63,816 nucleotides of DNA from a virus (IMGVR_UViG_3300005253_000675:1-63816); one strand, 5' to 3'; shown: positions 1 to 9,443, numbered from the stretch's first letter. A program made the numbers and translations. The notes: generated by a model from the letters alone, not told the origin.

Positions 1-44
1 CCCCCGGCCCCCCCCCCCCCCCCCAAGTGGGGGGGGGGGGGGGG
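1..44. repeat. Poly-C / poly-G low-complexity end
   Basis: C-run followed by G-run at the window start; similar runs occur at the other end. Confidence 0.9.
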
Positions 45-90
45 ACCACCTCGGCCACGTGTCCGTCGCTCATCTGTCGGGTGGCGTACC

Positions 91-2745
91 TCACGCCTCC
101 GCCCTCTTGGGCAGGTCAGCCCGCCGCTTGCGCCAGGTGCCCTCCTCGGCTGGCTTGCAGCTGCCCCAGTCCTCTCCAAACTCGATGTCGACCACCACCG
201 GGACGCGGAGCTGAAAGTCCTCCATCTTCTCGCGGAGCACCCGGTTGAACCGGCCCCGGGCGCGCTTCTCCCGGGGCACGCTGAAGTCCAGCTCGTCGTG
301 GACGGTCAGGTGCATGGGCGTCGTCTCCCAGTCCAGGCCGTCGGCGACGGAGATCATCGCCTTCTTCATCAGGTCGGCCGCGCTGCCCTGGAGCAGGGCG
401 TTGAGCGCCTTGTGGGTGTGGGCGTAGCCGCGGCCGCGCTTCTCGAACCGGCGCTTCCGCCCGCCCCAGGTGACGATGTAGCCGCGCTGGTTCGCCCGGC
501 GGTCGGCGCGGTTGTAGAGGCGGCTCACCTCGGGCAGGCGGTCGTGGTACTCCTCCAGGAGGAGCGCCGCCTCGTGGAGGCTGACGCCGAGCTTCGCGGC
601 CATCAGCTTCTTGCCCATCCCGTAGACGATCCCGAAGTTGATGTTCTTGGCCGGGCGTCGCGGGATGCCGACCAGCTCCGCGCATATCTGGTGGAAGTCG
701 ATGTCCGGGTCCTCGTTGTAGGCCCGGGCGAGCTGGCCGCCGGCGTAGTGGGCCAGGTACCGGAACTCGATCTGAGAATTTTTACTAAACACTCCACAAG
801 AGAGGGCGAAGTTGTGGTCCCCCTCCACCGTGACGTGGTAGACGACTCTCTCTCCAGCTGGCTCGACGCTGACGACCCGGTGGTTCAGGGCAGCGGGCGC
901 ACCGCACCGGCGACAGGAGACGCAACGTACATTTACCTGACTCGGCCACTGATAGAACGCGTCACCGCAGTCCACGCAGGTTTGATCTTCCTTGCCGCCT
1001 CGCCAGTTGGGGTTGCCCTTACCCGCGTAGGAGCGGCGCCGTCTCAGGGCCGACCTGAGCACGCGAAGGCGCGTCTGCTCGTCGACGGTCTTGAAGGCGT
1101 GGAGCGCCCTGTGCTCCGTCTGGTCGACGTAAGCCAGGTTCCTCGGCGAGTTGTTTCGCTTGGCCTCGTCTACGTGGTGGACCTCCGCGCCCACCGGCTT
1201 GGGCCCGTGGTACGCCTCGGCCACCAGGTCGTGGGTATAGCGGTACTCGAAGGCGGAGGCGCTGTAGACGGTCTCGTAGCCAGCCCCGGCGGAGCCTCGA
1301 CGAAAGGCGGCTAAGCCGACGCCGGGCCTCAGGTCCTCAACCCTCACCTTGCCGCCGTCTCTCAGCACCATCTCGTGGTCGCCCGTGGCCGTGAACGACC
1401 CCTCGTTGTCGAGCGTGACCTTGAACGTGGGGGCCCTTCCGATCCGCGCCCACCTCGACACCTCTCCCCAGGACACCCGGCCCGCGTGCCAGGTAAACAC
1501 CCTGTCGCCGGCCGTCAGGCTGTCGATTCGCCTGGGCCCGGTGAGGGTCTCCACCATCGTCTCGCCCACCAGACAGTAGTCGGCCTTCTCCCAGACCTGC
1601 GTCCGGCTCGCCGGGACGTAGAGCCCGCGGATCAGCGGCGCCCACTCCTCGTCCCGGGCCGGCACGTTCTGGAGGTTGAGGCCGCCGCCGCTGGAGAACC
1701 GGCCGGACCGGGTGCCGAACCGCGGGTTCCGGAGCGGGTGGAACTCGCCGTGGATGACGCCGTTGGGGTCGACGTTCGCGAGGACGTAGTTGTCGATGAA
1801 CGTGCCCTTGAAGTGCTTGAGCTTCTTCATCCGCGTGATCGCCTCGGCGACCGGGTGCTGCACGTACTCCAGGTCGTCCTTGGTGATCGACGCGTTGCCC
1901 TCCGTGATGCCCTTCTCCAGCATCTTCTCCGTGGGCTGGTTCCGACGGTACGGGAGGCCCAGCTTGTCGAACAGCGTCGCGAGCTGGGCCGTGCTGGTGT
2001 AGCTGACGTCACCGAAGTCACTCTCCCACTTCCGCTCGGCCCGGGTGAGGAGCCGGCCCAGCTTATCCTTCAGGGCCAGCGCCTTGTTCACGTCCACCGG
2101 CACGCCGACCATGTGCATCCGCAGGAGGATCGGGATCAGCCGTAGCTCCATCTCGTAGACGTCGGCCAGTCCCTCCTCGCCCAGCCGCGGGCCGAGGTGG
2201 TCACCGAGCCCCAGCGTGATGCGGCTGTCCCGCTTCGCGTAGGGCTCGACCACGTCGCCGTGGGCCCGCCAGATGTTCTTGGCCTGGGCCTTGCGGGTGG
2301 CGCCGCCGCCGAACGCCTGCGAGCAGAAGTCCCACAGCTCGTCGCCCTCCTTCTCCATCTCGATGTGGCGCTGACCCAGGCCGTCGAGCGTGAGGTCCGG
2401 CTCCAGCTCGTTCAGGAGCGCGGCCATGAACCCGGTCTCCTCCACCCGGGCTCGCGGGAACGGGTGCTCGTGGCCCAGCTCGTAGGCCAGCATCCGGAGG
2501 TCGAAGCCGGCGGAGTGCATGAAGACGGTGAGGTCAGAGCGGTTCACCTCCCGCTTGACCCACCGGAGGACCTCCCGCTTGGAGCAGTTGTTGCCGCCCA
2601 TCTCGTGGCCCCAGCGGTAGTAGTGGTCGGAGCCGTCCGGCAGCGAGACGGAGAGCCCCACCAGCCGGTCGTCGTACGTCACCCCGGTCGTCTCGGTGTC
2701 CAGGCCGATCCGATCGACGCGGGCCAGGTCGACGAACTCAGCCAC
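91..2745 (-). CDS. polA: DNA polymerase family A (3'-5' exonuclease + polymerase), intein-interrupted
   Basis: ExoI LDTETTG, TRSGRFSS..NLQNVP, motif A ADY|SQIE, motif B AKNINFGIVYG, motif C VHDE. Confidence 0.97.
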   Translation of the reverse strand: MAEFVDLARVDRIGLDTETTGVTYDDRLVGLSVSLPDGSDHYYRWGHEMGGNNCSKREVLRWVKREVNRSDLTVFMHSAGFDLRMLAYELGHEHPFPRARVEETGFMAALLNELEPDLTLDGLGQRHIEMEKEGDELWDFCSQAFGGGATRKAQAKNIWRAHGDVVEPYAKRDSRITLGLGDHLGPRLGEEGLADVYEMELRLIPILLRMHMVGVPVDVNKALALKDKLGRLLTRAERKWESDFGDVSYTSTAQLATLFDKLGLPYRRNQPTEKMLEKGITEGNASITKDDLEYVQHPVAEAITRMKKLKHFKGTFIDNYVLANVDPNGVIHGEFHPLRNPRFGTRSGRFSSGGGLNLQNVPARDEEWAPLIRGLYVPASRTQVWEKADYCLVGETMVETLTGPRRIDSLTAGDRVFTWHAGRVSWGEVSRWARIGRAPTFKVTLDNEGSFTATGDHEMVLRDGGKVRVEDLRPGVGLAAFRRGSAGAGYETVYSASAFEYRYTHDLVAEAYHGPKPVGAEVHHVDEAKRNNSPRNLAYVDQTEHRALHAFKTVDEQTRLRVLRSALRRRRSYAGKGNPNWRGGKEDQTCVDCGDAFYQWPSQVNVRCVSCRRCGAPAALNHRVVSVEPAGERVVYHVTVEGDHNFALSCGVFSKNSQIEFRYLAHYAGGQLARAYNEDPDIDFHQICAELVGIPRRPAKNINFGIVYGMGKKLMAAKLGVSLHEAALLLEEYHDRLPEVSRLYNRADRRANQRGYIVTWGGRKRRFEKRGRGYAHTHKALNALLQGSAADLMKKAMISVADGLDWETTPMHLTVHDELDFSVPREKRARGRFNRVLREKMEDFQLRVPVVVDIEFGEDWGSCKPAEEGTWRKRRADLPKRAEA
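778..1575 (-). mobile_element. Intein (266 aa) with HNH homing endonuclease in PolA motif A
   Basis: Starts CLVGETMV right after ADY and ends HNF..GVFSKN before SQIE; block B TGDH; internal HNH (VHHVDEAKRNNSPRNL). Confidence 0.95.
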
Positions 2746-2986
2746 GCGTCCTCGTCCACATCGTCTCGCGGAATTCTCTTGAGCCGATGCCGTACTTCTC
2801 GTGGAGCCGCCGGTTCAGGTCGCGGTCGAAGCAGCTCAGCCGGAGATGACGACCCTCGCGCAGCTCGTAGACCCGGCAGCGCTTGCTGCGGAAGAAGCCG
2901 CTGACCTGGCCGTCCGTCAACCCGATCCCGCGCAGGTAGATGCCGGCGCGCCGTCTCAGCTCTTTCAGGTCGCCGGGGTCAGCCAC
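2738..2986 (-). CDS. Hypothetical protein (82 aa)
   Basis: GTG start overlapping thyX end; fills the gap to polA. Confidence 0.6.
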   Translation of the reverse strand: MADPGDLKELRRRAGIYLRGIGLTDGQVSGFFRSKRCRVYELREGRHLRLSCFDRDLNRRLHEKYGIGSREFRETMWTRTRG

Positions 2987-3830
2987 GGATCGCCTCCAGC
3001 TTGGCCAGGAACTCGTCGGCCTCGCGCCCCTCCAGGCCGTACTCCCGCACCTCGTCTCGCGCCAGGCTCCAGTTGGGCGTGAGCACCAGGCCGCGCAGCG
3101 CCAGCAGCTCCGTTCGGCTGAACGTGACCGCCGCGGTACGGTAGTCGTGGAAGGCGTCGCTGATCGTGGGGAACGCCAGGTGAAAGAAGTAGAGGACCAC
3201 GTTGGCGTACTCGCGGATCTCCTCCTGGGCGTGGCTGTCCAGGCGCAGCCCCAGGAAGTGCATGAGGTTGTGGACGTCGATCTTCCAGAACGCCAGGGTG
3301 TAGGTCGAGAGCGGCAGGTCCTTCCGCGCCTGCTCTCGGGCCACGCCCGCGTCAAGCCGGCTCTTATATATCCACCGCGCTCGTTGCTGGAAGGCCACCT
3401 CCTCCTGGCTCAGCCGCTCGCCGACGTTCGACGCCACGCCCTGATCCGAGCCCTGCCTGTTCGCCTGGCTCTGGAGCCGCCAGGCGTCAGGCGCCGTCAC
3501 GGCCGTGTCGTCGATCGCCGCGGTATACCGCGTCGAGTACTCGTTGACGCTGGCCGTTCGGTGCCGGATCCACTGGCGCCAGGTGTCCATCGGGACCTTG
3601 ACGATGAAGACCATCTCGCACTGCTCGAAGGGCGTCGTGTGGTGGTGCCGCATCATGTAGCGCAGGAGGCGGCGGTCACCCGCCTCGTCTCGCTCGCCGT
3701 GCCTCCCGTAGCTGATGCGGGCGGCGTCCACCACCCGGTCGTCGTCGCCCATCACGTCCACGAGCTGGACGTATCCGTGGGTGCCCACGTCGACCTTCTC
3801 GCCGAGGGCGTCAGTCGCCATCTGATTCAT
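2979..3830 (-). CDS. thyX: FAD-dependent thymidylate synthase
   Basis: AARISY, HHTTPFE, RQWIRHRTASVNEYSTRY (RHRx7S), EQARKDLP, HAQEEIR. Confidence 0.97.
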   Translation of the reverse strand: MNQMATDALGEKVDVGTHGYVQLVDVMGDDDRVVDAARISYGRHGERDEAGDRRLLRYMMRHHHTTPFEQCEMVFIVKVPMDTWRQWIRHRTASVNEYSTRYTAAIDDTAVTAPDAWRLQSQANRQGSDQGVASNVGERLSQEEVAFQQRARWIYKSRLDAGVAREQARKDLPLSTYTLAFWKIDVHNLMHFLGLRLDSHAQEEIREYANVVLYFFHLAFPTISDAFHDYRTAAVTFSRTELLALRGLVLTPNWSLARDEVREYGLEGREADEFLAKLEAIRG

Positions 3831-5068
3831 CGTTCTCCTCCTTGTTTTATCTCTGCTGTCTGGGTGGCTTGAAGATACGTCTGTGCCGCCTGAAGGAAAG
3901 CCCCGTCGTCGAGCATACCGAGCGAGACGTTACACCCGCGACACAGGAGGCCGCGCACCTCCCCGGTTCGGTGATCGTGGTCGATCACCAACCTACGGTC
4001 GTCACGTTGGCAGATCCCGCAGAGGCCGTTTTGACTCAGCAGAAGTAGTTGATAGTCGTCTGGCCCCAGGTCGTACTTGATCAGGATCGAGCATCGTCGA
4101 CATCGGTGAGATGAGGCGGTCTGGTGTCCCTGCCAGTAGTGCTCATCGGTACGCGGCAGCACGTACCTGCAGGTGTTACACAACAGTCCGTCAGAGTGAT
4201 GAGGTTGAAGCTGGTCTTGATACCATCGCGCTGAGGCTGGGAGGTTGGTGCTCATGCTCCCTTTTCTCCCGGGCACGCCGGCCGCGGTTCTCGCCCATCT
4301 GACTACCCGCGCCCACCGCTGCTCGGCGCGGTCACCGCTGTCCACCTGAAGACGACGAGGTACGACGAACATGGGCGGTAAGTCCTCGGCGCGGCTTGGC
4401 TCGTGGAGCGCGTTTAGCGCGTCCAGGTCACGATCTACGTAGGCGTGTAGGCTTCCCGTTTGATGCAGGTACCAACCGACGTCAACCGCCAGGGCGTAGG
4501 CCACTGCATGTTGAAGGTTTGTGAACATCCAGGCGTCGTAGGGCAGGCCCCAGAAGACGTCGTTTGACCGCATCGTAGCGATCATGTCGAGTCGGCCGTT
4601 CCTGATGAAGAACTGAAACTGGAGCGTACAGGGAATGTCCTTGGACGGTAGCCTGTTGTCCCACGGGCGCCAGATCAACGCGCAGGCTTGACGCGTGTCG
4701 GGGTCTCGTCCCAGCAGCTCGATGAGTCGGGGAAACTGCTCGTAGGTGCGGGGACCGTAGGCGCCGCGCAGACGGTCACTCTCAACGAACTGTGTGAAGT
4801 TCTTCGTGATCGAGATCAGCTGGGCTGCGTCTGAGAGCCCGGCTATCAGCTGTACCGACTCGGCGGCGCCGATCTCTAGTCGTAGCTTACGCCCCGTCCC
4901 GATCGGCACGACGCGTGAGGGGTCGTGAATCAGAATGGTCACGCCTCGTAGCTCCCGGGTCCTGAGGCCTCGGGGTGAGACCTCGTCGCCCTCATCTAGG
5001 ACCTTGCGTACGATCGCGGCGTAGCTGTCCGTCAGGCTGTCGACCTCGAAGTCAGCGACGAAGGGCAT
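3827..5068 (-). CDS. Thymidylate-synthase-fold dCMP hydroxymethylase/methylase-like enzyme with C-terminal endonuclease VII domain
   Basis: GAYGPR, DTRQA, KDIPCT, MRSNDVFWGLPYD, GSLHAY; C-terminal CGIC..IDHDHRTGEVRGLLCRGCN. Confidence 0.9.
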   Translation of the reverse strand: MPFVADFEVDSLTDSYAAIVRKVLDEGDEVSPRGLRTRELRGVTILIHDPSRVVPIGTGRKLRLEIGAAESVQLIAGLSDAAQLISITKNFTQFVESDRLRGAYGPRTYEQFPRLIELLGRDPDTRQACALIWRPWDNRLPSKDIPCTLQFQFFIRNGRLDMIATMRSNDVFWGLPYDAWMFTNLQHAVAYALAVDVGWYLHQTGSLHAYVDRDLDALNALHEPSRAEDLPPMFVVPRRLQVDSGDRAEQRWARVVRWARTAAGVPGRKGSMSTNLPASARWYQDQLQPHHSDGLLCNTCRYVLPRTDEHYWQGHQTASSHRCRRCSILIKYDLGPDDYQLLLLSQNGLCGICQRDDRRLVIDHDHRTGEVRGLLCRGCNVSLGMLDDGAFLQAAQTYLQATQTAEIKQGGER

Positions 5069-5951
5069 CGATGGCCTCCTTGATGGGGTAGGGCTCGCCG
5101 TGATGGAAGCGCTTGGCGAACTGAGGGTGGTCCATGGGCTCGTGCTCGAAGCCGTGGGACGTCAGCCAGTCCTGGGCCACCTTGCCCAGCCCGATGATCC
5201 CGAGGGGGTTCAGCCGCTCGATGAAGCTGGGGTCCTCGGGCTGGCCGTCCGGCCTGAGGGCGTTGACCCAGTACAGCCAGCGCTCGTCCACGCCGGTCAG
5301 CTTCTCGGAGAGCCACGCGCTGCAGCCGTTGGTGCTGACGAACGGGAGCGGCGGGCCCGGCAGGTTGACGTTGATCCCGTTGGCCCGCTCGCCGACGAGC
5401 AGGACGGAGGTGTGCTCGAACCAGCCGACGCCCGGGCCGTGGTTGCCGGGCGAGCGGATCGTGACCAGGTCGTCACACAGCCGCTCCACCGTGTGACGGG
5501 TCCAGTCGTACGTGGTCGTGGGCAGCATCGACCCCTGCGTCTTGTAGAGCCGGTAGACCCACTCCAGCTGGTCGAGGGTGTCGAGCATCTCCAGCTGCTC
5601 GCGAGCCAGCCACGCGTCCCGGACGTGCGGGTCGTAGGGCGGGTAGCAGACGACCTGGACCACGCCGCCCAGGCCGAGGAGGGCGCGCTCCAGCACGCGC
5701 TGACCGTCGTCGCCGAGCATGTCGTGCTGCCGGAAGACCGGGCCGTAGATCCGCTCGCCCAGGTGGAGCCGGTCGCAGAGCACGTGCGACTGCTGGTACA
5801 GGTTCCGGGACATCGCGCCCAGCGTCTCGGTCAACACGTTCTGATGGTACGGTCCCTGATGGTGGCGGTTGACGCCGATCCAGCGGTAGGCCAGGTCGTC
5901 GGCCAACGTGCTCTTACCGGCGCCGTCGGGGCCTTCAACTATCGTCAGCAT
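5052..5951 (-). CDS. dNMP/thymidylate-kinase-like P-loop domain fused to UDG-superfamily-like domain
   Basis: IVEGPDGAGKST, CDRLHLGERIYG; C-half VLLVGER..PF..IIGLG..HPQF. Confidence 0.75.
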   Translation of the reverse strand: MLTIVEGPDGAGKSTLADDLAYRWIGVNRHHQGPYHQNVLTETLGAMSRNLYQQSHVLCDRLHLGERIYGPVFRQHDMLGDDGQRVLERALLGLGGVVQVVCYPPYDPHVRDAWLAREQLEMLDTLDQLEWVYRLYKTQGSMLPTTTYDWTRHTVERLCDDLVTIRSPGNHGPGVGWFEHTSVLLVGERANGINVNLPGPPLPFVSTNGCSAWLSEKLTGVDERWLYWVNALRPDGQPEDPSFIERLNPLGIIGLGKVAQDWLTSHGFEHEPMDHPQFAKRFHHGEPYPIKEAIDALRR

Positions 5952-6666
5952 CTGTCGTCTCCTTTTCTAGGAACGTCACGGGCTTGCCTCGTGAGCGGGC
6001 GTAGTCGATCTCGGCCTGGGTGGACGAGCCCACGTAGCCGCCCACGTTAACGACGCCCACCTCGTCAGCCAGGTCGATCTTGTGTAGGTGGAGCTGGTCC
6101 AGCTCCGCCTTCGTGGTGGCGTCCACGTCCTCCTCGTCAGCGTGGGAGAAGAACCCCACGCTGAGCACCATGAAGCCCGCGAGGGTGAAGTGCCGGTTCC
6201 AGCGAGCGTAGGCCTCCTTGAACTTCGTGGACCCGCAGAGGCACACGATCCTGGGCCCGGCCGAGTAGACCGGCGCGGGGACGCCGCTCGCTACGGCCCG
6301 GTCGATGATGCGCGCCGAGCGCGGCGGCTCCCAGCCCTCGGGCTTGCCCAGGTCGAACCCGCCGTAGGCGCGCTCGCTGACCACGCGCTCCTTCGACATG
6401 TTGGCTCGCTGGACGTCGGCCCAGAGCGCGTGCCAGGGGAGGCCCATCATCACGGCGGTGCCCATGGCCACGACCACCAGGTCGATCAGCGCGTCTGCCG
6501 CCTCGGGCAGGTCGTCCCGCTGGCAGGCCGCGTCGAACTCCAGCAGCTCCTCGCGCATGAAGCCCGACCGAAAGAGCTGGTCGGTCGTGGACAGGAACGT
6601 GGGGCCCGTCTCGATCGGCAGGCGGTGGTGCTGGTGCATCCGGTAAATGGAATCGAAGTTGGTCAC
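5935..6666 (-). CDS. All-alpha NTP pyrophosphohydrolase (MazG/PRA-PH-like) fused to nucleoside-deoxyribosyltransferase-like domain
   Basis: EELLEF..ADALIDL..NMSK..KPEGW; C-half CLCGSTKF..KIDLAD..GYVGSST.AEIDYA. Confidence 0.8.
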   Translation of the reverse strand: MTNFDSIYRMHQHHRLPIETGPTFLSTTDQLFRSGFMREELLEFDAACQRDDLPEAADALIDLVVVAMGTAVMMGLPWHALWADVQRANMSKERVVSERAYGGFDLGKPEGWEPPRSARIIDRAVASGVPAPVYSAGPRIVCLCGSTKFKEAYARWNRHFTLAGFMVLSVGFFSHADEEDVDATTKAELDQLHLHKIDLADEVGVVNVGGYVGSSTQAEIDYARSRGKPVTFLEKETTDADDS

Positions 6667-7763
6667 GTGATGATCTCCTCAGTGTGGTCCTTCTCCAGGT
6701 CGACGACGAACCGCCGACCGCGTTGACGCCGGCCGCGTTCCACGGCTCGGCGAAGGTTGTGGCCCAGCCACTCGCCGACGGTCGGCAGCACCGCCTGCGC
6801 CACCTCTGGGTAGCACGCCTCGGGCGTGGGCGGCGAGAACTCGTAGTCCACGGGATAGCCGCAGAGGACCTGCGACTCCTTGACGCTGAGCCAGCGGTCC
6901 TCGGTGGGATGAACGAGGTGGGTGCCGCCCATCATGGTCTTGCACGGCACGTTCGGCCGCAGACGTCGGTACGTGAACGCGGGCCGACCGATGACGGCGC
7001 CCAGCTTGTTGCGGGGCCAGGTCTCCTCGGGCCCGACGGTGGCGCGCATCTTCGCCTCCCAGTGGAGCCGGAGCGCCTGGCCCGGCGGACAGCCCTCCAT
7101 CATCGCCCGATCCCCGGCGCTCTCCATGTGACGGAAGGCGACGTGGGCGCGACACCTGAGGAGACCGGCCGCTCGCCAGGCCCGCGTGACCGAGACCTGC
7201 TGGTCAGGCTCCAGGTGAGGGTACTCCCAGTCGATCTTGACGCGGTGCGCCACGAAGAAGAACCGGCGGCGCTGCTGGGGCAGCCCGACGTGGACGCCGT
7301 TCAGGAGGACGTAGCTCACGGAGTAGCCCAGCTCCACCGCCTCCTCGGCCAGCTCGTCACACAGCTCGCGTCCCCGGTGGAAGGCGCCCTGCACGGACTC
7401 CCAGCACCAGACCGACGGGCGCAGGTACCGGATGGCGTCGAAGGCGTTGTAGACGCAGCTGACCCGGGGGTCGTGACGATAGTTGTCCTTGAAGTCGTGG
7501 TCGATCATCCGCTTGGGTCGGATGCCGGCGCCCGACCACGGGGCGCAGGGCGGGTTGCAGAACACCACCTTCACGCCGCGGCCGCGGTACGCGTCGAAGG
7601 GCCACGTCTCCGGGTTCGTGTGGACCTCGATACCGGGCATGTTCTGCCGGACCGTGTCCACGCCGAACGGGCCGTCCTCGAGATGGCCCAGCACGTCGAA
7701 CCCGGCGGCGCGCATGCCGATGGAAAAACCGCCTCCAAAAATATATATTCCGAGCGCGTTCAT
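6663..7763 (-). CDS. Atypical C5 cytosine DNA methyltransferase
   Basis: Catalytic NPPC, WESV (motif VI), PQQRRRFF (VIII), RWLSVKE..GYP (IX); divergent motifs I and X. Confidence 0.85.
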   Translation of the reverse strand: MNALGIYIFGGGFSIGMRAAGFDVLGHLEDGPFGVDTVRQNMPGIEVHTNPETWPFDAYRGRGVKVVFCNPPCAPWSGAGIRPKRMIDHDFKDNYRHDPRVSCVYNAFDAIRYLRPSVWCWESVQGAFHRGRELCDELAEEAVELGYSVSYVLLNGVHVGLPQQRRRFFFVAHRVKIDWEYPHLEPDQQVSVTRAWRAAGLLRCRAHVAFRHMESAGDRAMMEGCPPGQALRLHWEAKMRATVGPEETWPRNKLGAVIGRPAFTYRRLRPNVPCKTMMGGTHLVHPTEDRWLSVKESQVLCGYPVDYEFSPPTPEACYPEVAQAVLPTVGEWLGHNLRRAVERGRRQRGRRFVVDLEKDHTEEIIT

Positions 7764-7921
7764 CTCGGGGCCTTTTCGAGCAGCTTCTTCTTCTGTTCAG
7801 CGTGTCTTTTACAGAAACATCCGTACGAGACGGTCCCGCTGCTCCGGACCTCGTAGGTAGCCTGCCTGAGACAGCCGGACGCTTGACACGTATCCAGTAA
7901 CCTCACCAGGTAGAACGCCAT
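7760..7921 (-). CDS. Small Cys/His protein (53 aa)
   Basis: MAFYLVRLLDTCQASGC..FCKRH; GAGG RBS; ATGA coupling to the MTase. Confidence 0.55.
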   Translation of the reverse strand: MAFYLVRLLDTCQASGCLRQATYEVRSSGTVSYGCFCKRHAEQKKKLLEKAPR

Positions 7922-7931
7922 GATCGCTACC

Positions 7932-9443
7932 TCAGTGATGAGAGAATAGGGGGTTGTCGAAGCCGATGAGCTGAAGGGTTTCTTTCGCTCTGGTCAGGCC
8001 GACGTAGAAGACGCGTCGCTCGTGGTCCGGCTCGCGCTGGATCTCGCGCTGGATCACCCGGCTCAGGTCGGTCAGGAGGACGACGTGATCGGCCTGGCCG
8101 CCCTTGGCCGCGTGGATCGTCGAGAGGAAGACCTTGGGGGCGTCCGTCAGCGCCTTGGCCCCGTGGTGCCGGACCACCCGCCGGATGTAGCTGACCTCGT
8201 CGTCGGGGATCTTGTCCAGCGCCTCGAACCACGGCTCGTCCGTGAGCAGGCCCAGCTCCTCCCGTGCCGTGTCCAGGTCCACCTTCTCGCGCTCGCATCG
8301 CTCCAGCCGGGCGCGAGCGTCCAGGGAGACGCCGCGGCCCACGGTCATCGCCTCGTAGACCTCGTGCAGCTGGGCGGGCGAGACGCGGCCCTGCTTCCGC
8401 AGGCTCTCCCACAGCACGATGGGGTGCGACCAGGCGCCGCCGACGGTCGGCCGCTGGCCGTGGCCGAAGGGGACGCCCTCGCTCCGCAGGCGCGCCTCGA
8501 CCGCCTGGCCGAGGTAGTGGTTCCGGTACAGCACCAGGTACGAGCCCTCGCGGTCGTAGTCCACGTTCTCCTGGCTCATCAGCCAGCGGACCTCGCCGGC
8601 CTCGTCGCGGGGCTTCCACTCCTTGGGCTGCCGGCGCCGGATGCGGCTGACCATCTGGCCGGCCAGCTCGTGAACCGCGGCGGGGACGCGGTAGCTCTGG
8701 CCGAGCACCTCGACCTCCCCCTGCAGCGTCAGCAGCTCCTCGGGCTCGGCGCCCGCCCAGGCGAAGATCGCCTGGTCGTCGTCGCCCGCCACGTACACCC
8801 TCTCGGCGTCGGCCGCGAGCCGCTCCAGCGTGCGCCACTGGAGCCAGCTCAGGTCCTGGGCCTCGTCCACGAGGACGACGTCCACCGGCAGCGGGCCCTC
8901 GACGTTGATCAGGAGGTCGGTGAAGTCGAGCAGCCCCTCGTCCGTCTTCCACCTCGCGTAGGTCTCGCAGAAGTGCCGGGTGATGAAGAGGTCCTCGTCC
9001 TCGCGCCACCCGCGATAGCCCTCCTCGATCGTCTGACCGCGGTGCCGGCGGAGGTGGTCGAACGTCAGGAACCGGTCGCCGCGGAGGTTGCCGTTGGTCA
9101 TGGTCAGACCGGACTCCGTGGCGCGGCTCGGCCCCGTCATCTCCATGCCGATCAGCTCCGAGAACTCTCGCAGCTCGCCGTGGTGGATCATCATCGGGCC
9201 GCTGACCTCCAGCTCCCGGTAGGCGATGGAGTGCAGCGTCCGGAAGAACGGCATCTGCTCCTCGGTGAACCCGAACCGCTCGACCGTCCGGCTGACCGCC
9301 TCGCGGCGGGCCTTCGTGGTGAACGTGACGTAGGCGACTCGTTCAGGGGGAGTGCCTTCTTCTAGCGCCTCTTCGAGAAGGTTGAGGAGCGTGGTTGTCT
9401 TCCCCGTGCCCGGCGGGCCGAAGATCTTGGTCACCTGGTTCAT
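7932..9443 (-). CDS. UvrD/Rep SF1 helicase
   Basis: GPPGTGKT, VDEAQD, GDDDQAIF, QSYR, STIHAAKG, FYVGLTRA. Confidence 0.95.
   Translation of the reverse strand: MNQVTKIFGPPGTGKTTTLLNLLEEALEEGTPPERVAYVTFTTKARREAVSRTVERFGFTEEQMPFFRTLHSIAYRELEVSGPMMIHHGELREFSELIGMEMTGPSRATESGLTMTNGNLRGDRFLTFDHLRRHRGQTIEEGYRGWREDEDLFITRHFCETYARWKTDEGLLDFTDLLINVEGPLPVDVVLVDEAQDLSWLQWRTLERLAADAERVYVAGDDDQAIFAWAGAEPEELLTLQGEVEVLGQSYRVPAAVHELAGQMVSRIRRRQPKEWKPRDEAGEVRWLMSQENVDYDREGSYLVLYRNHYLGQAVEARLRSEGVPFGHGQRPTVGGAWSHPIVLWESLRKQGRVSPAQLHEVYEAMTVGRGVSLDARARLERCEREKVDLDTAREELGLLTDEPWFEALDKIPDDEVSYIRRVVRHHGAKALTDAPKVFLSTIHAAKGGQADHVVLLTDLSRVIQREIQREPDHERRVFYVGLTRAKETLQLIGFDNPLFSHH

Noticed and set aside
3827-5068. 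Ordinary thyA
   Set aside because: Asp at the specificity position, phage hydroxymethylase-like motifs, and ThyX already adjacent
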